NCBI GenBank assembly: GCA_030167865.1
Contig: JALAGF010003319.1
Coordinates: 1 to 44,487 of the forward strand
Reading direction: 5' to 3'
Length of the DNA stretch: 44,487 nt
From: Craspedostauros australis
Lineage: Eukaryota
Below the pieces are notes generated by a model, which was given only the letters and a program-made list of their open reading frames with translations, did not search any database and was not told the origin of the DNA. A program made the translations under genes and the position numbers. Each line of letters begins with the position of its first letter. Positions within the stretch are counted from its first letter, which is position 1. Shown here piece after piece: positions 9,630 to 19,493 of this stretch.

Positions 9630-12600
9630 TTAGTGCGCCACGTCTTCTTCCGATGACGAATTGTCGCGGCCCAGCCCGGTTGTAGCTGGGATACCCGTGT
9701 TGCCATACTCGCCATCTGGATCAACCTTGCTCTTGGCCGGGATGCCTCCCACGGTCAGCATGCCGCCATCACCATGGTCGGCACCCAGACGAAGGAACTC
9801 AAAGTCCAGCAGCGTCAGGACGCACGGCAGCCACCAGCAACCGAAGAAGTAGGTGACGACGGCCACGATGATCATGGGACGGAAGAAGAAGATCTCGTTG
9901 AACTCGAACTCGGTGAAGGCCAGGCACGAGATACCGATAACGCTCGAGACGAAGCTCATGAAGGTGGGCAGCATCAGGAAGCTCATGGTGTACTCGACGC
10001 GGGCAACGCCGCCCTGGATGGAGACGTCGGCGCTGAGCCAGCGTGAGACGACGTGAACGGCGTATTCGACAGCGAAGCCGACGCTGAGGACGAAGGAGAC
10101 CTGCGAGAGGCCTGTCAGGTTCACGCCAGCGATGAAGCTCAGTCCGCTCACGGTCAGCACGCTGGAGAACGTCACCATCGAAATGAGCAGCGCGCCCATG
10201 AAGCTGCCGACCAGGATCTTGCTCGTCGGGTGATGCGCGTCGATGTTCATCTTGACGAACAGGGCCAGGAATGCGATGAAGAATCCCACCCCGACTGCGG
10301 CGGCTCCGAGCTCGATAAGGAGCTCGTAAATGCCAATGTATTGACTCCAGAAGTCGTATGGCGGACCATTCATCCAGCATCTGATAGAGTCGTGGTCGTC
10401 GCAGAAGACTCGAGTTTCCTCCAGCAAGTCCAGGGTGTCCTCGTGGCTGTTGAGATCGAAGGCGAACAGAGATGGTCCCTTCGACAGCGGAATTGGAACT
10501 CGGACGACTTCGTCGTTCTCGAATTCGCCAGCGCACTCGAGCGGAGTTCCGGTCTCGTTGAGCAGAAGAAGGTCACCGCCGCCGCCCGTGTGCAGGCGCC
10601 AGCGCCCAAGGCAGAACTGCAGCTTATCATCGTCCCAGTTGTCGATCACTGGGCACCAGCTGCGGAAATCTTGGTCGCCTTGATAAGTCTCGCCCATGTC
10701 GGCGAGGTCATCAGGGTGCATCCACTTGGTTGGTCTGCAGATGCCACCGTCGTACACAACGCACTGGTCGCCAACTGGGAATTGCTTGTCACGTCGGCCA
10801 ATTGTATTGAGGATCCACTTGGCGGAGCATGTCGAATTGTCCTTGGGATAAATTTGTCCCCTTCCGCACACCTGCTTCGTTGGATCCTGTCGGGTGAAGG
10901 TTGTGGTACAGTGGCGGCTCGACCAAATCTGCAAGTTCGCGATCCAGAGGAAATCAGTGTCCATCTCTGCCACATGTGGCGACTGCACGACGTCTTCGAA
11001 TTGCTTCACCATCTGCATTTGGGTATCCGGATCCGTGTAGTCCAGCGCGCCCCAAGTCATGCCGATGTTCCACGATGCCAGTTCCTCTGTGCGGATCAGT
11101 GCCCACTGCTTCGCCTGGTGGCTTTCGGGGAAGACATCCTGCATTTCGTGTTCGTATTCGTATTCGTCGTCGTTGTTTTTGTGCGTGGGAGAGTATACAG
11201 ATCGATACAGATTGACACCATACCATACCATACCATACCATACCATACCATACCATACCATACCATACGAGTGCAGTATGCACCAAAAAGATAGGCTGTG
11301 TGAGATCCGGGAACGTGATGCAGAGTTCTGTGGCAGTCAGGGCATACAGCGGTAATCAGAAACGAACACCCACGCGTGCACTTACTTCCACTCCCAAACC
11401 GATCTCTCGCTTTCCGAGTCCCCAGATGGCCACGCCAATGAGGGCACCGGCGCCTAGCCACACCAGAGCATGCGTAAGGCACCGCACAGCAATGGACTCG
11501 CTGAGGATGACCGGCCTGTAGAAGCCATCGTACATGAAGGATGCCCAGATGTGGCCTCCGCTCTGCTTTCCGTTTCCATCGCCATTGGCGAGATTGTTCT
11601 TGCCACCCATGTTGTCGCTATTGCGTCCATCGCGTTCTTGCTGTCGATCCGAAGACGATGTGAGACAGCACAGGATGTCGTAGCCTCCTGATGCTTGGCG
11701 CTTCATGTCCAGCCAGCAGTACGCAGGGAAGCAGAAGACGATGGTCAGGTAGAGGAAGATGATGGCGATAAGGGCGACGCGGGCCGTGAGGTAGATGGCT
11801 GGGACGTCGGAGATATTGAGGATGGCGAACATGGCAGCGTTGACCGTGCTCGTCATCGTGACAGGGCCCAAGACTTCCTTCATGGCCTCGACGAAGTCAT
11901 CTTCCGTGTATCCACCCTGCTTCTTCAAGGCGAGCAAAACGATGTACATGTCGTCGACGCCCAAACCCAGGATGATGAAGGGGAGTGTCCAACCGATGGT
12001 GATGTTGACCTTGATGCCGCAGATGAGACCGAATCCCACAGCAGAAAAGTAGGCGAGGATGACCAGGGCCACACCAATGGTCGTGACCATGATGCGAGAT
12101 TCCACCAGATCGCAGTCGAACAAGAAGAGGGCTGAGAATGTGCATAGAAGCGCGACAGAGATGAGAATGAGCGATCCATTGTCGAGCGTGATCTCCTCCA
12201 GCAGCCGACCGCCTGTTCCGGCGACGCCTGAGTCGTCAAAAAGGCCGACGAACTGGAGGTCGCCGGCGGAGTCGTCGTTCCAGCCCTCAGTCCACCTCTC
12301 TTCGAATTCCTTCTTGAAGTCATAAAGGATATCTTCCGCATCGGCTTCGGTGATCTCGATGGGACCGCCAGGACGGTTGCAGTTGGCAACGCGAAGGACG
12401 ATCTGATCTGGTGTCAGTGCGGAGTAGAGGGTGCTGAGGGAAGTGACGGTCTTCAGTGGATTCGCAGGCGAGTAGTCCTTCGAGCTGGGTTGCGTTCCAC
12501 CCAGCAGCAGATTGCGGTTGATGGGACCGAGCAAACCACCTTCGTCGATGTAGTACAGCTGCCCCGATGCATTTCGCAAGATGGTATCTTCCGTCTGATT

Positions 12601-15079
12601 CGTGAAGGCTGCTCGCGAGCCAGCCAGATCGTAACCGCATGCCGCTCCCAGGGTCCACACGTAAGGATCCGAAGTTCCCTTCGTGACGTCGAGGAACGAT
12701 TCGGAGTCGAAGATGAGATCGTACCACATGCGCGCAAAGTGCTGGACCGTGTACACGGTGGTATCATCATCTGCCCTGCTGGCAGTCGGAGGTATGTGCT
12801 TATTGCACCACCGTGGAGACGCTGCCTTCATGGATGCGCCTGTGGCCGCGTTTAGGAAGTCGCCGCCGGGTACTGCCTCGGGCAGCATCGTGCCAGGGAT
12901 GTCTTCGTTGCTGCAGTCTGTGAGATGGCATGCGTGTAGAAGTAACGTGGAGAAAGAGGGAAGTCGAGAAATGCAGATGGTGAGTCATCAGGGGAAGAGC
13001 GAGGTGTGGAGAGCATACGCATCTGCTGACCGATACATGGTTTGGCGTGATATGTATATATATCTGTATATATGTATATGTATCTGTATATGCGAATGTA
13101 AATGCAACAGCAACAGCCACCACACCAACACAAGGTTCCCACCACGACATGATGACATGACGATACTTACAAGAATCGGCCGGTGTCACACCTGCAACGA
13201 ACCACTTGTAGACAGGATCGGTCTCGACCAAGAAGGCGAACATCGGATCCGCCACGCTCATGACTGTTGCGTTGGCTGCGTAGAGCGGATTCCAGGTGGT
13301 GCCCAAGGCGAATGGGTTGTAATTGGTACCATCGAAGTACCCCATGGTGCTGAAGGCCGTTCCGGACAGATCCACACCCGAGCCGGACACGGGACTTGTG
13401 CCAGCGAACATGATGGGCGGTTGGCCGTTGGCCTCCTCGCTCCAGAATGGCAAAGGTATGCCGCCGCTGTTCCACGAGGAGAAGGCGTGATCGGCATGGC
13501 GGTACAGCATTTGTTCCGCTTCCGCCGCCGTGATGTTGGCGGGACAGTTCTCAACACCGATGATCTGACCGCATGCCGCCATGAGCGACGGATCCGCGAA
13601 GGCGCTGTACACGTCGACGAGGCCGGCGGCGCCCAACGATGCGTAGATGCCGCGCGTCGTGGAGTAGGAGAAGTAATCGATGACCTGCTGACGCGTGACG
13701 GTGCTGGAAACCTTGGCCGCGTTCTCCGAGACGAGCACCAGCTTTGGATCGACGGGTTGGTTCATGGCCGTGGCCGTTTGGATGGCGCGCACCGATTCGA
13801 TGGCCAAGATTTGGAACATGCCGCGCACGCCGGCTTCGAGGGCGTCGAAGGTGTTTTCGAATTCCGTTTCGATGCACATCTTGCAGGGATCGTTCATCTC
13901 CAACGTTCCGATGTCGGCGAAGAGACCGAGGGGATCGGCGTAGCTCGCGGGGAAGCCATTGGCCATGGCGTATTCCGGCGAGCTGCGCAGCATGATGACG
14001 TGGTTGCATTCCGTGTGCGTGTTTTGCGGGGCCAGGAGATTGGAGCAGACGCCTTGCAAGATGCCGATGCGTTCCGTGATGGGCTTGAGCACGCCCTTGC
14101 GCACGATCTCGTCGTACCATGTGACGCGGTCGACCTCGCGGAAGAACCAGCGCGCCTCCTGGAAGAAGTCGATGGGCGAGATGCGAGCGCATGGGAATTG
14201 GTAGGACGTGCCAGGACCGATGCTGTTCAACGAGCAGATGTCTTGCCAGGTGTAGGTTTGGCCTTTGTGTTCGACCTTCGCCGTGTCAGAGTGTTGCAGT
14301 TACGTGGATGGTTGGAGTTATGGTTGTGACGTGAATTGGTGGTGTGAATTGGCGGTGGCAGGTAGTCACAAGCAGAGTGGGAAGGGAACGATTGAGGTGA
14401 GGCGGGGAAGCCATGGATGTATATGGCGTAGAGTGCAGTTGATAGAAAGCTGAGCAAACCAGCCTTTGCCACAATGGTCACATTGATGATCACGACGACG
14501 CTCGTGATGATGGTTACGAGTACTGTCACGGTCACGACAGATCACGAGATCCCGCTGCGAGTAACCTCATGACCGATTGTTGCATTGGCCATCGTCAAGT
14601 GCATTGTACTGCCCACACTGCATGCATTGCATGGAACACAAACGACCAGCAGCAGCACAACGACAGCACAACCATCATCAGTTCTGGCAACTTACCGTGG
14701 TCGCCTCCGTGATCTGCATGCGCTGCACCAACTCCTGCAGGCGATCCTCCGTGAGAATGTTGCCATTGTCGCGCGTCGTGGCCAAAGCGAAGAAGCCTGT
14801 GCCGTCCAAGCCCTCGGCATCGTATGACTCGGCGTAGCGCTGGTCCTTGGCATACTCGGAGCGTTTCTGCACCCAGATCTCGCTGACCTCGGTCTCGACC
14901 AGCTGGTCCTTGCTCCAGCCGGCGGCGGCGACGGCGATCCAGACGGTTGGCAGGAAGGCCAGGAACAGGCATGGCTGGCGGATCATGAAGCGGAACAGCG
15001 TGGAGGCTACGCTGTGGTCCTCGCGGTCTCGGCCCGTGTCGAGATTGGGGGAGAACGAGCTGTCATTCATTGCCAACAT
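9630..15079 (-). CDS. Patched-family RND / sterol-sensing-domain membrane protein, 4 exons (15079-14696, 14275-13171, 12917-11386, 11138-9630), ~1509 aa
   Basis: TM1 followed by VETEVSEIWV and GNILT..L; YTWQDIC; SSD with TM4 LPFIILGLGVDDMYIV; TM7 followed by GLGVE|DVFP; TM10 SVGFAVEYAVH; FTEFEF before TM12. All three introns have GTAAG donors and AG acceptors and keep frame (4530 nt total). Confidence 0.9.
11139..11385 (-). other. Intron 3 of the Patched-like gene
   Basis: GTAAG at 11385, CAG ending 11139, phase 0; contains the (TGGTA)n tract. Confidence 0.88.
11217..11268. repeat. (ACCAT)10 pentanucleotide microsatellite, intronic
   Basis: Read directly from the sequence. Confidence 0.97.
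12918..13170 (-). other. Intron 2 of the Patched-like gene
   Basis: GTAAGT at 13170, CAG ending 12918, phase 1 (T|AC = Tyr); contains an AT-rich simple repeat. Confidence 0.85.
14276..14695 (-). other. Intron 1 of the Patched-like gene
   Basis: GTAAG at 14695; AAG acceptor ending 14276 gives ..TEATT|VEHKGQTYTWQDIC; in-frame stop just upstream of the acceptor. Confidence 0.75.
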
Positions 15080-15328
15080 GGTTGTGCGAGGTGTGCGGCG
15101 ATCTTAGCGACGCGCGAAGTATTGGTATTGTGGTGGATGAGTACGTGTATGAGTACGTGTATGAGTATGAGGAGTGGGACGAAAGGAAGCGAAGGGCGAT
15201 GGCCGTCCTTGTGATGATCCACTGGCTGGTCCTTCTTTCCTTCTTTCCTGCTTTCTCGCTTGTTTGGGTTGCCCGCTTGTGCCTTGTCACAAGTGGTTGC
15301 TTTGGTTTTTATGGACCAATGTGTTGGC

Positions 15329-15383
15329 GTTGGTGTTGATGTTGGTGTTGATGTTGGTGTTGATGTTGGTGTTGACGTTGGTG
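15329..15383. repeat. 12-bp tandem repeat GTTGGTGTTGAT x4.5
   Basis: Read directly; lies upstream of the Patched-like start. Confidence 0.93.
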
Positions 15384-17277
15384 ACAACGAGCGCGATGCA
15401 GGAATGCCTCAGTGGTGCTCAAGGACGAGTATGGCAACAGAGCAGGGTCCGCAAGCTTCGCCGCTCTTGGAGAGATGGCGGCGACGATACAAATAGGATC
15501 AGGCTGGTTGCAGTCCTTCGCCGCAGCTTTTATGTCGCAAGCAACTCCTGCTATCGTACGATTATGAGGCACTACTCTGCTGGTGGCGATGCGGATGTGG
15601 CTCCGATTGATTCCGCCCTGTTCGAAGGTTGGGAGGTTGGTTGGGAGATTGGTTGGAAGAGAGAAGAGGGAGGAGGCTTTTCGCTTTTTGGAGTTCCTCA
15701 ACGCCTCTTTGGCTCTGTTGCTTTCTTGGATGGAGGCGATTGCAGATAATGAAACAATGAGGTGGAGGGAGGTGGAGAGCGATTGATGTGATCAGTGCTG
15801 TTCCGGCCCAAGAGGAGCAGCAAGAGAGGAGCAAGACAGGCACAGATCGACCGTGTTGGCAGAGAGTCGAGCCGGTGAGCGCGATCAAGGCAGAATTGAT
15901 GAAAATGCCAGATGCATGTGCCAGTTGTGTGTGTTCGTGTTGTGGACAGAGAGAACGTTCCCTTCATTCATGCCAACGATCCAACGTCCGAGGATGCTTT
16001 GTGCACCTTCAACCCAAAACCGATTCCGCTTTCTCTGCGTGCGAGTGAGACAGCGAATAGAGATCGGGGTGGCTGCGATGTCATGTCAATGGACACGGAA
16101 GAGCGCGAAAGTCCGTCTTGTGGCAATTCGCTTGGGCCGGTGTTCATCATTTCCTTCTTTTCCTTGGTCGTGGGCCTGTTCGTCGCCCACCAAAACCGTG
16201 AACCGCATTGGGTGCGCTTCAATGGGCGGGTCGATGTTCAAACTAAATCGCGCCAAAAGACGCTTCTTGTCGCAAGGCCACGATGCCGATCGTTGTCGCG
16301 CGTTTTCCAAGGGCCCAACAAGCTATCGCTCATGACCGAATTCCCGCGAACACACGTCAGCGCCCTCATCTCCATTGGGAGGAACTATTAACATCTCGCA
16401 GCCAACACGCCCATGAGTTTCTGGCGGAGTTCGCCGCTTTACGGTGTCCGAGCAGGTCATTGCAAGAAGTCTTGGTACCAGCGAAGTTTCCAGATGTTTC
16501 CTTCACCATCGAACGGTCATCGAGAGATTATCGCGACAGATCTGGAGTTTCCCGTTTGTGTCCGTCACACAGTGCAATGAGAATCGTCTGTCTGCAAAGC
16601 GCAGACTAATCGAAACGCCTTCTCCTTCCTTGCTTCTGGGCGGACAGTTAGTATTTGCGCTTGGTGCAGCCGGGAGTCAGCCAAAGGACGCCCCAAAGCT
16701 GGACCGCAGATCCAAGATAGATGCGTCGAATAGTCGTACGGTCTTGCGAGAAAGCGCGTATCCGCGGAGTTCGAGCTACCAACAATGAGTCTGTTGCGAC
16801 CTTCCGTCAATGTTCTGCAGTCCCAGTGGGTCGCAAAGGATCAGCTTCTTCTTCGTTGATTTGTGTTTTTGCAGTGTCCCGAATAGTGATTGTTGGCCGG
16901 CAGTGTGCGCTAATAGGTTCTATTATAATAGTAGGCCTATTGGACATGAGGACATGATGCCTTGAGGTCCGTTGCTCTGTTGCGGATAGAGCTGATCGTG
17001 CCCACATTCCCGGGGAGAGAGAGAGAGAGATAGCAAGGCTTCACAATGTTGGTCACCATCCATAGGTCGTGGTCGACTCCCAACAAGAGGATCCCTGTGT
17101 GACATCCAAACAAGAAAATGCGTGTGTGATACGTACAGACAGACAGGCGAAAAAAGATGCCGCCCCGACAATTTGGCAGAGGCTTCTCCTGGGAGCAGGC
17201 TAGACGGAGGCCCGTAGGCAGCTATCAATGAAAGTCCTCTGCCTATTGTCATTGGTGATGTCGTTGGTGATGTTCGC

Positions 17278-17332
17278 GGTGCTGATGGCTGGTGCTGATG
17301 GCTGGTGCTAATGGCTGGTGCTAATGGCTGGT
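17278..17332. repeat. 13-bp tandem repeat GGTGCT(G/A)ATGGCT x4
   Basis: Read directly; intergenic. Confidence 0.93.
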
Positions 17333-18479
17333 CTGTGGACAGCGTTGACTGTGTCAACCATGGTGCGGTTCGTGCTCGTTTCCCTCCTTGTGTTGTCATC
17401 GTATCGAGGGTACCAAACGTATCAGTACACTGCTATATCTACGTACTCGAGCAACCCAAAGAGCCATCATTCCACGCCATTGCCCACTGAAGCGTTGGAG
17501 CATTCATCATGCCTTATCCATCGTCACCTCTCTTTCATCACGTACAAGCGTACGTACGTCTGTTCCACTTGGCTCTCTGGCGGTTGCCTTCCTCAATACT
17601 CACAACAAGAACAAGGCACCACCCACAAAGCAGTTGAAGTCAACCGGCTCCAATGCGAATGCACAATAATCGATTCAAGCCAACAACACCGACCTCATTG
17701 AACAACTTCCACCACACAGGGGAGATCAGAGACAGAAGAGCAACGCACACCTTTACTATATTGACGACTCACACATAAGATATTTTACATACTATTATTA
17801 TATATGTTATATAAAGCATCGAGAGGTACGCATCGGCGATGCAAACAGAGCAATGTGATTCCAACACCACATTACGGGTGTCGCGAAATCGATCGGCTGA
17901 CACCGCAATCAGCCGTTTTCGTAGACCCGCATGATGGGAAGCAGATGGTCATTTGTTTTCTTCTTCCTTGATGACGATACATGGAACAGACAACGGTCAC
18001 ATCCCTTGGATGAGTTCACTCTCTGTTTGTTTTTGCACATCGCAGTCACCATCGTTGTGCCTTGGTCCACGACCTATGGCAATCACACACTGTCGTCCCC
18101 GCACAGAAAGGCGGCTGTGCACATCAACGGGAAGAACAGAGCACAGAGAATGGTTCGATTTTCCGGCTGCTCTTGTCGTCTCCTCATCAAATCTCACCAC
18201 CACCAATGGCGTGGTTCTCCACAGCTTCCCAAGCGTTCCTGTGCTGGTCGCAATTTCCACAATTTTCACTCATTCTCCAACAGTCCCGTCAAAAATCACC
18301 GTTGCATACGACTTAACCATCGTGAACAACAACGCCGTTGCCGCAGACAGCGTTGTGTGAGGCTGCTGATCATTAGTGCCATCAACGTGCTGTCATTTTT
18401 TCATCTACAGCTCAACTTCATCGCATGCAACGCAAGGACAACGGGAAAAACAACGACGAAAGAAAAAAGAGGAAAGGCA

Positions 18480-19188
18480 ATGTTCAAGCTCAACACCATT
18501 GTGGTTGGCATCATCGGTCTGTCCGCAGCGGTGGTTAATTCCGCAATGCCTCCGAGACCCATGCGCTTGGAATTGGGAATAGAAGAATTCGTCATCATGG
18601 CCCCAGCCTCTCGACGATCGAACAAAGCCAACACGGACGATAACACTGGCGACGACAACTTGGCAAAAGATGATCTGCCCGACAATGCTCCGGTTCCAGT
18701 CGATGCTCCGCGCCCCCATAGCCAGCTATGATCCGTGATGTACTATGCCACCAGCAGCGCAGCAGGCATTGACACGATTGCAGCTACTGCCACGCGATAC
18801 TCCGATTTGTGGTTTCACTCGAGAAATGCATGATTCCGCGCACATCACTTTTCCGCGGTGGCAGGACAACCGGTGCTCCAATGCGAATGTCCGTTCCGTC
18901 GTGGAGGGTTACTATTCGCAGTATGTAAAATGGTGCCATCCTCGTACCAACACGGCCGCGGATGCTCAGCAGAGAGATAGAGGCACTCATCAGCTCTACG
19001 GATCCTGTCCAACCAATGACGAAGAAATCAATTTCTCCCTTGCGGCCTGCGCACTGCACAATTTCAACAGGAGGATACGTGCACAATGCATGGATACGTG
19101 CCTTCGTGCCTGCGGTTGTTGCCCGTTGATTGCGAGCATCGAAGCCTCACTTTGCGGTGGCATGCGAGACAATATGGAAGCGACGTGA
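18480..19188 (+). pseudogene. Probable disrupted gene for a small secreted Cys-rich protein (signal-peptide ORF 18480-18731 plus Cys-rich ORF 18745-19188 in the +1 frame)
   Basis: MFKLNTIVVGIIGLSAAVVNSA signal peptide and acidic linker; a Cys-rich ORF (CMDTCLRACGCC) starts 14 nt later in another frame, preceded by an in-frame TGA at 18736. No intron of plausible size reconciles them. Confidence 0.45.
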
Positions 19189-19493
19189 TCTGATGCCATT
19201 TCACGATGGGAAGGGGCGATGCTTGGGCTCTCAATCCTTGGAGGATATGAGCAACATGCGTCAACTATACTGGTAATCCCAAACACTACAATGAAGGTTC
19301 AATAAACATATGTCCATAAAACAGTAAGCCAAGTGAAACTCTCAGAAAAGGGACAATGCAACGCACCTGGATGAAATCATAAATTAAGTCCGGTGGAAAT
19401 TCCTAACAACTCGATTGCCTGCACACCATCAGATTAACTACGTACTCAAATTCATTCATGTATTCACGCTGTCCGCTCTTGGCGTGACTGCTC

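Noticed and set aside
11139..11261. MVWYG-repeat N-terminus of the 543-aa ORF
   Set aside because: Translation of an intronic (TGGTA)n microsatellite; the true exon begins at 11138.
12683..14329. 548-aa + strand ORF (also 10053-11294, 6489-7412, 30353-31591, 42625-43440)
   Set aside because: Antisense shadows of well-supported genes caused by GC-rich codon bias; no motifs.
9630..15079. Four separate membrane-protein genes
   Set aside because: Canonical splice sites join them in frame into one Patched-family protein.
18736..18738. TGA as selenocysteine (P-U-C)
   Set aside because: A frameshift would also be needed, and I could not identify a SECIS or redox-fold context.
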